From a virus (taxonomy: Duplodnaviria > Caudoviricetes): DNA of 39,724 bases. Position 1 is the stretch's first letter; each line of letters opens with the position of its first letter. Shown in pieces: positions 1 to 9,233 of the stretch. Where the stretch lies: IMG/VR virus record IMGVR_UViG_3300038318_000128, positions 1-39,724 of that record; one strand, given 5' to 3'. Position numbers and translations under genes: made by a program. The notes below the pieces were generated by a model. It saw only the letters and a program-made list of their open reading frames with translations, was not told the origin of the DNA and did no database searches.

Positions 1-100
1 TAGACTTCCTACTGTAACTACTCCACTTCTTCTCAGTGTGCCAGATTCCATAGGAGTTTCATCGATAGCTTCTGTGAGTATGGCTTCTCCACCAATTCGC
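1..100. repeat. Terminal overlap (copy 1) of a circular contig
   Basis: 1-98 is identical to 39625-39722; there is one mismatch at position 99 vs 39723. Confidence 0.97.
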
Positions 101-168
101 AAAGCTTTTAACCCTGCTTCTTTGGCAATCTTTTTAGCTTTCTTGGTATTCCACTTACTCTTAGCCAT
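1..168 (-). CDS. 5' part of an HK97-gp10-like neck/tail-completion protein that continues across the circular join into 39624..39376 (138 aa in total)
   Basis: ATG at 168 gives MAKSKWNTKK...EAIDETPMESGTLRRSG, in frame with ORF 39376..39675. It has the PxxSGxLRRS and TPYARRQHE motifs and sits in the neck gene cluster. Confidence 0.85.
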   Translation of the reverse strand, partial: MAKSKWNTKKAKKIAKEAGLKALRIGGEAILTEAIDETPMESGTLRRSGVVTVGSL

Positions 169-169
169 A

Positions 170-472
170 TCAAACAGCAACCTCTCTGTGACTTTCCAAC
201 CCACCTAAAGAGGGTATAGAAAATACAGTTATTACAGGCCAATCTCTCCCATCAAAATTGAGTACGTCCCCAGCCTTAACTTTTTCAACACAAAATACAG
301 TAGCTTGGCTGGTTACTTCATGGCCTTCGTTGTTTAAGACTAAACGACAACCGCTTTCCCATCTTACCGCTATATTGCTTTGTGTTTTAAAAGTGGCTTC
401 TCCATTACTATTGTAGCCAGTATGCTCTTTCCAAACAGCTGTCTGATTCAGATAACTCCTAATAGCCATCAT
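170..472 (-). CDS. Head-closure / head-tail joining protein
   Basis: 100 aa, beta-rich, located between the adaptor and gp10-like genes. Confidence 0.65.
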   Translation of the reverse strand: MMAIRSYLNQTAVWKEHTGYNSNGEATFKTQSNIAVRWESGCRLVLNNEGHEVTSQATVFCVEKVKAGDVLNFDGRDWPVITVFSIPSLGGLESHREVAV

Positions 473-476
473 AATA

Positions 477-995
477 TCACCTTACCCTTACTGACCCTGC
501 TAAGTATGGGCGCAATAAGTCTTTAGACTCTGTACTCAACAAGCCTTTTCCTGCTCCTGCTACAAACGTCTCAGATAATTTACCAATGGAGTAGCTCATA
601 ACCCCTTCAGCTTGGAGTTTTCTCCTTTGATTATTCCCCCTCTCTAGGATTGCCAAGGCTTCTTCACAACAAGAAGCTTTTACCCTCTCGGACACTTCCT
701 TCTCAAGATACCAGCCTTCCGCATTTTCATAGTCTGGCAGATTGCCGATTACTTGAGGATGATACAAAGGGTTAATCCTGTAAGCTCTAGGGAATTGGAG
801 AGTTTGGCTACTGTCCTTCTTCCTACCCTTGTATGTCATACGGTCAATAGAGGCTGTAGCAGTTATCAAAGACCTAGCTTTATCGTCACTATTGGAGCTA
901 TTCCAAGCATCGGCATAAAGCCTATTATTAAAGTATGCTACAGCCTCTTCCATACTAAGGTAAGAATTTGTGCCTACGATGATTTCTACAGGCAC
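477..995 (-). CDS. Head-tail adaptor (DnaT-like annotated family)
   Basis: NSYxSxxEAxxYF...Q.LQFPR motifs; lies downstream of the capsid genes. Confidence 0.7.
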   Translation of the reverse strand: MPVEIIVGTNSYLSMEEAVAYFNNRLYADAWNSSNSDDKARSLITATASIDRMTYKGRKKDSSQTLQFPRAYRINPLYHPQVIGNLPDYENAEGWYLEKEVSERVKASCCEEALAILERGNNQRRKLQAEGVMSYSIGKLSETFVAGAGKGLLSTESKDLLRPYLAGSVRVR

Positions 996-1012
996 AATCT
1001 CACCTCCCTAAC

Positions 1013-1627
1013 TTATACTATAATATAAGCATCAACTATGTTGCCGTTTAAGGCAGAATTAAGGTCAATAGTGTTGGACTCTATGGCTGTACCACTAACA
1101 GCCATAGTTGCCGGTGTTGCCTCTACCGCGTTGTTAAGGAAGGTACCCAATAAAATACCGTGAGACATCTTAAAGGGCAGTCCTATCTTGTCTCCAAAGC
1201 CTATAGTTACAGTAACTCCCGCACCGTCCATGGCAGGAATCTCTACCTTGGTAACCGTCTTAAAAGCCTTGTCGCTTTCAACAGTTCCTGCAGTATCCAG
1301 AGTAAAGGCATCTAGCTCTTCACTAATAGGTTCATCAAGATAGTTGGTTCCATACACCTTTACCTTAACAGCTTTAATGCTTCCAGTAGTACCTCCAGCA
1401 GTAGCTGTAATGCTTCTAGGCACAGGAGGGGCAGTAAACCCATCATTGACTGTAACCACTACATCTGCACTACAGGCTATTGCGGCATGTACTCCGTCAG
1501 CGTCAGAAGCTACAGCACCAGCCTTGGATACCTGAAAATGAGCTATAAAAGCTCTATCTACACTAACTCCAGGTACATTAGTCTGCATTACTTGCCCCAA
1601 ATTTGGGTTAAAAGGATAAAAACTCAT
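1013..1627 (-). CDS. Putative capsid decoration / structural protein
   Basis: ATG at 1627 has an AGGAGG RBS; 204 aa, Ala/Thr/Val-rich beta protein directly after the major capsid gene. Confidence 0.55.
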   Translation of the reverse strand: MSFYPFNPNLGQVMQTNVPGVSVDRAFIAHFQVSKAGAVASDADGVHAAIACSADVVVTVNDGFTAPPVPRSITATAGGTTGSIKAVKVKVYGTNYLDEPISEELDAFTLDTAGTVESDKAFKTVTKVEIPAMDGAGVTVTIGFGDKIGLPFKMSHGILLGTFLNNAVEATPATMAVSGTAIESNTIDLNSALNGNIVDAYIIV

Positions 1628-1646
1628 TTCGTTACCTCCTTGTTTA

Positions 1647-2594
1647 TTATACTGAGGGAACCAATACGGCAAAGGGATACCGCGATTCTTCAACAGGACT
1701 TTGTAAGCTAATCGGGTTTGGAATTTGCCATGCTAACCGCATAACGCAACGCAAAGCAACCATATCCTGCTGAGCCAAGTTGTATACGATATCTCCAGAA
1801 GCATCCTGAATTACAGCCTCAGTCAATATTTTGTAAGTCATATCCTGACGAATAGAGTACACCGCCTGTTGGAAATCGCCAGAGAACATATAGGCACTTG
1901 TCGCGGTAAAGGCCGCATTATTCACAAACTGCATTGGTTCTCCATCCAGCTGATACCCGGTCTTTTCTCCCATCGAGCGCACAAACAGTGGTTGCCCGTT
2001 GGCATCCCGCAGACCGCGAAGTTTGGCTTTCATGGTATTAATGGCGATATGGCCGTTGACTACAAAGCCATCATCTTCAACTAGAGCCAAAACTCCATTC
2101 TCACCCATAATATCATCATAGATATCTTCGCCGCTACCCAAAGTCACAGTAGAGCCAGCATTTGTAGCTCCAGTGAGAATAGAATCCGGCCAAACATCAG
2201 GCTTATTGGTACCAATCAGCACAGCTCCATCAATAACAGCTCCAAACGCTTCTTGAACTCTGGGCCTAACTTCTCCCCAGATATCATAATCAGCGTCCTC
2301 CAGCACGGCTTCAGGGATAGGTACAATACACGCAATCTCAGCCGCGTCAAGGTATTTATTACCCCACTGTTGCTTAGTTAGCTTCTTTAACCCAGTATCC
2401 CCACTTACAAAGTAAGCTGTAGGAAGGCTGGAAAGAACAGGTATTCTCTGTTGCGCCCTACTCATATTAGGAAGTCTGCGAGCTAGCTGTAGAAAGGCTG
2501 AACTCGTCACTACTCCCTGAACTATATCCCTAGTCACCTCTTCAGGGATAAGAGCATTAGCATCACTTCTGGTAATAGTAGATTCAAACGGCAT
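1647..2594 (-). CDS. Major capsid protein (HK97 fold)
   Basis: 315 aa; LIPEE...LRGLRDANGQPLF...GDF...NLAQQDMVALR motifs; follows the scaffold gene. Confidence 0.92.
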   Translation of the reverse strand: MPFESTITRSDANALIPEEVTRDIVQGVVTSSAFLQLARRLPNMSRAQQRIPVLSSLPTAYFVSGDTGLKKLTKQQWGNKYLDAAEIACIVPIPEAVLEDADYDIWGEVRPRVQEAFGAVIDGAVLIGTNKPDVWPDSILTGATNAGSTVTLGSGEDIYDDIMGENGVLALVEDDGFVVNGHIAINTMKAKLRGLRDANGQPLFVRSMGEKTGYQLDGEPMQFVNNAAFTATSAYMFSGDFQQAVYSIRQDMTYKILTEAVIQDASGDIVYNLAQQDMVALRCVMRLAWQIPNPISLQSPVEESRYPFAVLVPSV

Positions 2595-2606
2595 TTTACA
2601 TCCTCC

Positions 2607-3176
2607 TTATCTTCCAGCGGCACCGCGTATGAAAGCATTCATCCCAGCGGCACCACCGTCTTTAGTAGTTGATTCTGAGCCTGATGGGTTCGTAGAATTC
2701 CCAACAGGTCTACCTTCTCCAAATAGATAGCCATCAGATTTTTGTAAATCTTCCAGCTGGGTCTCTAGCCCTAAAAGTTTGTCTCCATCTAGCTTAATAG
2801 CTTCCAAGTTCAGCAGTCCTCTAACTGCCTTGGGATTTTTGGCTTTTGCTTTAGCTAGTGCCCTATCTAGAGCAAAATCCAGTTGTAGTTGACTCATTTT
2901 AGATTCATAGGTTTCTGTAGTTTTCTTGTTCTCTTCCTGAAGCCTAGCCACTTCTTGTTGTAGCGTATCATTACCAGCGGCTTTTACTTTAAGAGCTTCT
3001 AGCTGAGTGTCTCTATCCTTTAGCTGATTCTTGAGCTCTTTGACTTCTTCGGTGTACTTAGCACGCGGTATGTAACTCCCGTCATTAACCACGGCTAGCT
3101 CCTTATCGCCAATAGCCGCCCCAATCTGATCAGTATAGAGATCACCCAATAACTTCTTCAACAGCTCCTTCGACAT
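2607..3176 (-). CDS. Capsid scaffolding protein (phage GP20-like)
   Basis: Start moved to ATG 3176, which has an AGGAGG RBS; coiled coil with YIPRAK, AKNPKAV and YLF motifs. Confidence 0.85.
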   Translation of the reverse strand: MSKELLKKLLGDLYTDQIGAAIGDKELAVVNDGSYIPRAKYTEEVKELKNQLKDRDTQLEALKVKAAGNDTLQQEVARLQEENKKTTETYESKMSQLQLDFALDRALAKAKAKNPKAVRGLLNLEAIKLDGDKLLGLETQLEDLQKSDGYLFGEGRPVGNSTNPSGSESTTKDGGAAGMNAFIRGAAGR

Positions 3177-3276
3177 CCTTCTCAACCTCCTAGTAGTTTT
3201 TAGGCAGGATTCCCACCTGCTTGGAGTTTTTGTGTTCTTTAGGCTCTGCACTTTTAAAAAGAGCTAAGACGGTGCA

Positions 3277-3522
3277 TTAGTTGGCATCACCTTCTTTACT
3301 AGGGATGAATTCTCCACTTGCTCCTAATTGCTGGATAACGTCAGTTGTATAGGCAGATATCCCCAGTGCCTCAAAGTATGAACTGGTGTGATGAACGGTC
3401 ATACTTGTACCATCCTTCAACATGAAGGTTACAACATAAGATTCAATATCGTGGAAATTATCCTCCATCCAGTGTATCAACCCATTAACTGCCCCCGGGG
3501 ATATTCTTTTAAACTCTGACAT
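3277..3522 (-). CDS. Hypothetical protein
   Basis: 81 aa, GGGGG RBS, contiguous in the operon. Confidence 0.6.
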   Translation of the reverse strand: MSEFKRISPGAVNGLIHWMEDNFHDIESYVVTFMLKDGTSMTVHHTSSYFEALGISAYTTDVIQQLGASGEFIPSKEGDAN

Positions 3523-3535
3523 CTTCTTAACCCCC

Positions 3536-3811
3536 CTACAAAATTGCACCCTTGGGTGTTTTTGGTAATTTTGGAGGGTTATCTACTGAAATAATTTCAA
3601 ACAGCTCCTCTACTACAAATATAGTGGATAAAGGGTCTTTTAGGTGCTCTGTATCAGTCCACGGCCCAGTAGGTGGGCCTACCAAGTAACCTTCCATACT
3701 TCGGGCTTTAAGTTTTACCAAATCTACAGCAAAACCATCCCCATACAAAGCTCCATTATCCCATGTAATCTTGCGTTTTTTATCGCCATCTTGTACTGTT
3801 ATAGTCATCAT
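3536..3811 (-). CDS. Small protein, candidate immunity partner of the MuF C-terminal domain
   Basis: ATGA overlap with the stop codon of the minor head gene; function inferred from position only. Confidence 0.5.
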   Translation of the reverse strand: MMTITVQDGDKKRKITWDNGALYGDGFAVDLVKLKARSMEGYLVGPPTGPWTDTEHLKDPLSTIFVVEELFEIISVDNPPKLPKTPKGAIL

Positions 3812-5421
3812 ATTGATGCAAGCACCCCCAATACAAAGTCCACATAATCTGTGTCCTTGATTACTTCATTAGTTCCCCAGAAGATTCCCTCCATACCCAT
3901 GGAGAGTAGCTCATACGATCTATCGCCATAGTACTTACCCATGTACTTGTTAACAAACTTGTCTTTTTTGTACTTCTCATTTGGCCCATAGCCAGCTCCT
4001 AGGTGAATAAGAGCCTCGCCCTTAGTTCTACGCTTATAGAATTGTTCCTCTACACAGTCAATCCCTGGGACACAAGATTCCATGCGATGAGATAGTTCAT
4101 GTAAAGCGCATCTAGCTTCACCTTTCCTAACAGAACTCAAAGCTATCGTGCTGTGACCTCCATCATAGGGCATATAAAAACCTCTACCAGCTCTAGTTAG
4201 ATTAATCTTACTCCAATTATTGGACGTCTCTACCCACTCTGTAGGCAAGTATTTTGCCGCGTCATTGAGAGCCCATTTCAAGCTTTGGTCACCTGTGGTA
4301 TTCTTGAACTTACCACCAAAATCTCGAACTTGTTTAAGATTTTCAAGATAGCTCTTTCCTGTATTCGCATCAGATTTAAGTTTAGCTAGCTTCTCAGACT
4401 TAGCCACCCATTCATTGCAAATAATCTCATATTTTTCCGTAGACCCAGATCCCAAAGAGTCAAACATATCGCTCAATCGTACTCTGAGTTTTTCACACTC
4501 TTTTTCCAGCTTAGCAATGAGCTTAACATCTCCAACAGAGTTTTCCCTGATTATCTTACCTATCTGGCTAACTTCACTTTCAATACCATCAAAGTCAGAC
4601 CGTTTGAATCTTAATTTTACTGTTTCTATTCTAGCTTTAACATCATCCACCCAGGTAAGTTCAGCAGTCTTTGTTTCTTCTTCAATTTCAGCATCTAAGT
4701 CAATAAATAAGCCTAACGCGTGTCGACAATTAGGGTGAAATAGTCCTTCTTGTCTGGCTTCATCTAAAGTTGTATACCCTGGAGTTTTTCCAGTTAAAGA
4801 TAGTACTCTGCCCCCCCAGGGAGTACAAAGAGGACACTCTCCTACATGGGAGCTAACCTTTACTAAGTCATGGCCCTGCTCTATTATACGGTTTTTTGTA
4901 CCCTCTATCTGGGCTTCCATCGTAGTTGTCCGTGCCACCATTCTAGTGTAGCTAGACATGTTCCACTTTCTACCCAGCCTATCCTGAAAACCAGTTATAC
5001 CATTGTTAGCTAGATTTTGCCGGTAGTTCCTAGCAACCTTTTGCCAAGAATCATACCCGGCCACAGTAGACCTGACGTTTTCTAAAGCTAGTGTTCTGTA
5101 TACATCATCAACCCTGCGACCTACAAAAGCAGTAACATCCTCCAATCTAGAGTAGGAGTTTTCTGCCAATATCTTCATAGCTTGCTGATGTATATCTCCA
5201 AAAGCGGCCTCACCTGAAGCATACACTCTAGGAATAGAAGTATTACACCAAACCTTAGAATCTTTGCGAAGTTGCTGTAATATCTCTTGAGTATTCTTCT
5301 TGAGACTTCGCAAGTACTCTGTTTGATTACCCTTCAAAAGAGCTGTATTTATTTGCTTAGTTAAGTCTTTCTCAGCTTTCTCATATAGCTCTATCAACTT
5401 TTTAGCTTCTTTATCTGGCAT
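3808..5421 (-). CDS. Minor head protein (MuF/minor capsid 2 type) with a C-terminal HEXXH zincin-like extension
   Basis: N-terminal half has SSH.GECPLC.PW.G and GLFHPNCRH; C-terminal half has ALHELSH and a downstream ELLSMG; follows the portal gene. Confidence 0.85.
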   Translation of the reverse strand: MPDKEAKKLIELYEKAEKDLTKQINTALLKGNQTEYLRSLKKNTQEILQQLRKDSKVWCNTSIPRVYASGEAAFGDIHQQAMKILAENSYSRLEDVTAFVGRRVDDVYRTLALENVRSTVAGYDSWQKVARNYRQNLANNGITGFQDRLGRKWNMSSYTRMVARTTTMEAQIEGTKNRIIEQGHDLVKVSSHVGECPLCTPWGGRVLSLTGKTPGYTTLDEARQEGLFHPNCRHALGLFIDLDAEIEEETKTAELTWVDDVKARIETVKLRFKRSDFDGIESEVSQIGKIIRENSVGDVKLIAKLEKECEKLRVRLSDMFDSLGSGSTEKYEIICNEWVAKSEKLAKLKSDANTGKSYLENLKQVRDFGGKFKNTTGDQSLKWALNDAAKYLPTEWVETSNNWSKINLTRAGRGFYMPYDGGHSTIALSSVRKGEARCALHELSHRMESCVPGIDCVEEQFYKRRTKGEALIHLGAGYGPNEKYKKDKFVNKYMGKYYGDRSYELLSMGMEGIFWGTNEVIKDTDYVDFVLGVLASI

Positions 5422-5477
5422 GTTAGCACTCCTTTGAGTCAGGGGGGAGGGGGTAAACCCCCCAACCCGTTAGGTAA

Positions 5478-6869
5478 TCACTCAGCTAAATTTAGCTGAA
5501 TCTCTGGCTCTACCATACGTTCTTCTTTAATCTTTTCCAGCTCTTCTTGTAGAGCTTTACCCCGCAGTCCATACACGCGCTTCAAACTGCTCTCTAAGCT
5601 GGTAAAACCAGAACTATAAGCTATAGATTCATTAGTCACCAGCTCAGTCTCATCCTGCGGCAACCCATCGTACCATTCTACGTTTATTTCATTCAGTCTT
5701 GTCGAATTTGCTGTGCCATTAGCTACCTCCAGCTCAGAAGCCAAGCAGAGTATCCTACGCAAACCTGGGTCAAATTTCATGCGAATTCGGTTGACCTTAC
5801 TTAAAGGAGCAAGCATCAATCTTCTAAGAGCACTACCAGATTCAGCCAGTCCAGATTTTAGCTGTCCGAAAGCCGCAGGACTGGTTTCAGACAGAAAGTA
5901 CAACTGCTCCATGAGTACCTCTATCTGCTTGAAAGCCGCTTCCAGCTGACCGTTCCAAGTAACGTAACCGGGAGGCTGTTCCCCTTCAGCTACAGGAAAG
6001 TACCTACCTCCACCCTTATACGTCACTTCTCCAGTCTTGGGGTCTTCCTCTAAAGCTTTATCTGGGCCATACATATTAGGGTCAGCATGTTTATCCAAAA
6101 TTTTGCTGACTTGAGCTATCCTTATCTCCAATTCTTGAATTATTGAGTCTAAGTCAGAGTAATCATCAAAACCCAACAAGTTGTCCGTGGTAGATACCCC
6201 AGATATTGTAACAATAGGCATTTCCTTAATCCCTGTGTCTACCACAAAATCTTCTTCCGTTTGTCGGCTTATCTTGCCGTTACTAATCTCATAGGTGCGA
6301 GTGGTGATTTTACCGGGTTCATGTATCTCGCACTTGAGATATTCTTTGGTGCGAAGTCCACCTAGTACAACTCTCTCTGTATTCTTATAAGCCCAGGCGA
6401 ATACGTGAGCTACAATTTCTTTGGCATTATCAAAACTAAACACAGGGAACCAGTATTCTGGAGGTTGCCCCTCTATGATAGCTTCAGAACCATTATATCT
6501 GGCTTTAAACACACCATGACCAAACCTAGATATGTCTATAGCCACTTCATAACAAGTGTTGAAAAAACCCCTCTCTATATACCTATCCACAATACTTTGC
6601 TCCAGACTTTCCGAATCCCCTGCTGAAATATAGGGTGGTTCTCCTAAGAGTAAGTCAGCCCACAATAAGCTAAGCCGCTTGTTCCAGTTAAGAATCAGTA
6701 ATAGCACAGCTTTTTGATCTTCTCGCAGAAGCTTTAGCCACTCCTTAAAGATTCTCTCGTGCTTACCTTTAAATAGAAGCTTATTTTGAGCATACATGTT
6801 GAGTCTATCCTCCTCACTCTTGGGAGGCCAAACTTGACCAGGGCTTAAAAAATCTAACGAAGTCAACAC
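5478..6869 (-). CDS. Portal protein (SPP1/A118-like)
   Basis: About 460 aa between the terminase and minor head genes; start codon uncertain (6869 or 6866). Confidence 0.85.
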   Translation of the reverse strand: MLTSLDFLSPGQVWPPKSEEDRLNMYAQNKLLFKGKHERIFKEWLKLLREDQKAVLLLILNWNKRLSLLWADLLLGEPPYISAGDSESLEQSIVDRYIERGFFNTCYEVAIDISRFGHGVFKARYNGSEAIIEGQPPEYWFPVFSFDNAKEIVAHVFAWAYKNTERVVLGGLRTKEYLKCEIHEPGKITTRTYEISNGKISRQTEEDFVVDTGIKEMPIVTISGVSTTDNLLGFDDYSDLDSIIQELEIRIAQVSKILDKHADPNMYGPDKALEEDPKTGEVTYKGGGRYFPVAEGEQPPGYVTWNGQLEAAFKQIEVLMEQLYFLSETSPAAFGQLKSGLAESGSALRRLMLAPLSKVNRIRMKFDPGLRRILCLASELEVANGTANSTRLNEINVEWYDGLPQDETELVTNESIAYSSGFTSLESSLKRVYGLRGKALQEELEKIKEERMVEPEIQLNLAE

Positions 6870-6871
6870 AA

Positions 6872-8140
6872 TTACCACCCCTTTGGCTTTTTACTAACCT
6901 TTCGGTGCAATCTCATATCGCCCTCACAAGCATACCTGATAGCGTCAATAGTGTGGTTATCTTTATCTTCCAGCTCACTCCTGATATTACCATCTTTATC
7001 CACTTTATAATCAATATTCTCAAACTCTCTGGCTGTATTCGGTGCTCTGACTGGGTCTATGATTATTTCTTCTAAGTCATCTAGCCATTTTTCTCCATAC
7101 TCTACTGAGCCTGGGCCTTTCTTGGCTCCTTTTACCTTCAAGTTGTAAGTTCTCATTTCGTCAATGCTTTTAGGCTCAGCAGAATCTGCTGTTATGAGAA
7201 TATCTCCCCATCCTCTATCTTTTATCAGCACAGAAGCTTCACGGTTACTTAATTTAACCCCATACACTTCACCGAATACATACAACCTTCTTCTCTTCAA
7301 ATCTAAGTGTGTCCTAACAAAAGCCAAAGGGTCAGCCGCGTATCCCCAGTCAAGTCCCTGTCTTAGATTATCAAAGCTTCTGATTTCTGCATCTGTTATC
7401 TTCTTAAACGATAGGTTGGAGAAAGGTACAACCCCGCCGCCTATAGGTTTGCCTAGATATATCCAGTCATGTTTGTGTTTATTTAGCTTCTTGGTATTAG
7501 CTACTTCTTCCAGGAAAGTGTCTGAGCAATAGGGGTTATCTCGATAATCGCTATGATTCACGTAAGTGTTATCTGGTATAAGTACTGTGTTAAACTTCTT
7601 ATTAACCCAATTTTGTTTGCGTTTAGGAGGGTTATAGCTGAAAAATATGCTGTACTTCAAGCCTTTAGGTAATTTAGCTCTAAGTACAGAGTTTACAATC
7701 ACGTCAACCTCATCCTCAGTCTTAAACTCTGGCAATTCTTCAATCCATAATATAGTAAGCGGATATTTGCTGGTTTTTATGGATTTTATCTTCTGAGGCT
7801 CATCCCCACCCCTGAAGATTATCCTGTTGCCCCAAGGTAAGTAAGTCAAACCTAGTGGACTTTTTGTCGCTTTCCAGTAAGACCCAACATTCAGATAGTC
7901 TATGGCCCATATAAGTTGCTCGAATACTGATTCACTCAGGGTTGCCGCTACCTTACGGATAACTAGGGCGTTTGTCTTGTACTTCATCATTTCATAGATT
8001 ATTCGCAGACTTACATGTGTAGACTTACTGCTATTTCTTCCGCCTTTTAGTACCTTATATAAGTACTTATCCTCATTACAGGCTAGCCAAAACTCGTGAA
8101 AAGCTGGTAAAACTTTATCGCTTAACTTGACTTGAGTCAT
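6872..8140 (-). CDS. terL: Terminase large subunit, PBSX family
   Basis: KGGRNSSKS Walker A, WIEE Walker B, SYNPP, GLDWG, DNHTIDAIRY. Confidence 0.96.
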   Translation of the reverse strand: MTQVKLSDKVLPAFHEFWLACNEDKYLYKVLKGGRNSSKSTHVSLRIIYEMMKYKTNALVIRKVAATLSESVFEQLIWAIDYLNVGSYWKATKSPLGLTYLPWGNRIIFRGGDEPQKIKSIKTSKYPLTILWIEELPEFKTEDEVDVIVNSVLRAKLPKGLKYSIFFSYNPPKRKQNWVNKKFNTVLIPDNTYVNHSDYRDNPYCSDTFLEEVANTKKLNKHKHDWIYLGKPIGGGVVPFSNLSFKKITDAEIRSFDNLRQGLDWGYAADPLAFVRTHLDLKRRRLYVFGEVYGVKLSNREASVLIKDRGWGDILITADSAEPKSIDEMRTYNLKVKGAKKGPGSVEYGEKWLDDLEEIIIDPVRAPNTAREFENIDYKVDKDGNIRSELEDKDNHTIDAIRYACEGDMRLHRKVSKKPKGW

Positions 8141-8607
8141 TTTATATCATCCACTATCTGAACCGATACATTTCCACTAAGGTTCAAGTTATCGGTAAAC
8201 ATACCTAGGTGTTTACCCAATAATTCCAGGGCTTTCAGCTTATCATACAGTTTTACCTTACGAGTCTTGGCCCCTCCAGAACTTATTGTCTCTTCTATAC
8301 TAGACAAAACATGTCCGTCTATCTGGTCACATGGTCTTAACCCAATCCTACCAGACTTCTTCCAAGTTACAAAGTCTGTAAGGTCTGAAAATGCAATTTT
8401 AGCCAACTCTGCTACTACCAAGTCCACAGTTACTTGTGTTCTTGCTTGGCGTTCCTCAATAGCTTCTTTAATAGCTTCAGCTATATTAGGATTCTTTAGT
8501 AATTCGCTACCTGTATTACCCTTATACCCAGCCCTTAGTGCGGCTTGTTGAGCATCTAGGTCTTTCAGATATTCTTCTACAAATATCTGCTGTCTTGGTC
8601 TTAGCAT
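8137..8607 (-). CDS. terS: Terminase small subunit
   Basis: FVEEYLKDL.A.QAALRAGY and KLKALELLGKHLGMF motifs. Confidence 0.95.
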   Translation of the reverse strand: MLRPRQQIFVEEYLKDLDAQQAALRAGYKGNTGSELLKNPNIAEAIKEAIEERQARTQVTVDLVVAELAKIAFSDLTDFVTWKKSGRIGLRPCDQIDGHVLSSIEETISSGGAKTRKVKLYDKLKALELLGKHLGMFTDNLNLSGNVSVQIVDDIK

Positions 8608-8622
8608 TTATAATCACCTCTC

Positions 8623-8648
8623 AAAAAGAAAAGCGTCTACGAAAGACG
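8623..8648 (-). terminator. Intrinsic-terminator-like hairpin upstream of terS
   Basis: Minus strand reads CGTCT-TTCGT-AGACG followed by CTTTTCTTTTT. Confidence 0.55.
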
Positions 8649-8664
8649 ATACTTTACTATCTCT

Positions 8665-8709
8665 ATTATATCTAATTTATCCAATTCTCGGTTCCCAACT
8701 TTTTCCCAA
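8665..8709 (-). promoter_or_regulatory. Putative late promoter: TATAAT -10 with upstream TTGGGAA/TTGGATA repeats
   Basis: TATAAT at 8670-8665; repeats at 8709-8703, 8698-8692 and 8684-8678, in the 3' end of the regulator gene. Confidence 0.5.
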
Positions 8710-9180
8710 TTTTTTAACAGGCTTCAAACCCATAGCTTTATCATCTAAATAGCCATAACACCAAGCTAATTTTTTAACCATCTTGTTCTTCTTTTCATAG
8801 AATGTATTCCTAGATACGCCAGATATGTCGCAGATATCGCTCCAGGGCAGTTGGTCCCAATAAATCATCTTTACCAGTAGTTGCTCTTCTTCAGTCAGAA
8901 TACCCAGACTTCTCTCAACTACCTCCTTCTCACTCTTAGTTTTCCTTATCTTTCGCTGTAGTCTTCCAATCTCCCGGCTTTCAATGCGTTCAATAGTAGC
9001 TTGTTCCACTGCATTTCCAACTCTGTAGCTCTTGCCTTCGATAACTTCATACCTACTAACAATTCTTGGACTTATTAAGTTTTTCACGATATCTACCTGA
9101 TTGTTTAATGCTTCAATTCTTACCTCCATCCCAGGGTACATATAAAGTAATTTTTCTGTAGCCCTGTACCATTTATCCAT
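8677..9180 (-). CDS. ArpU/RinA-like late transcription regulator
   Basis: TEKLLY.Y N-terminus; C-terminal sigma-region-4-like HTH (LTEEEQLLV..IY...PW..I....GVSRNTFY); immediately upstream of terS. Confidence 0.8.
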   Translation of the reverse strand: MDKWYRATEKLLYMYPGMEVRIEALNNQVDIVKNLISPRIVSRYEVIEGKSYRVGNAVEQATIERIESREIGRLQRKIRKTKSEKEVVERSLGILTEEEQLLVKMIYWDQLPWSDICDISGVSRNTFYEKKNKMVKKLAWCYGYLDDKAMGLKPVKKLGKSWEPRIG

Positions 9181-9233
9181 GGCTATCCCTCCTTTCTCTA
9201 ATTATACCGAACACACTACAATGCACGTCTAGT

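Noticed and set aside
5441-5468. G/C hairpin between the portal and minor head genes as a terminator
   Set aside because: The stem is real (GGGGG/CCCCC) but no U-tract follows on the coding strand; function unclear
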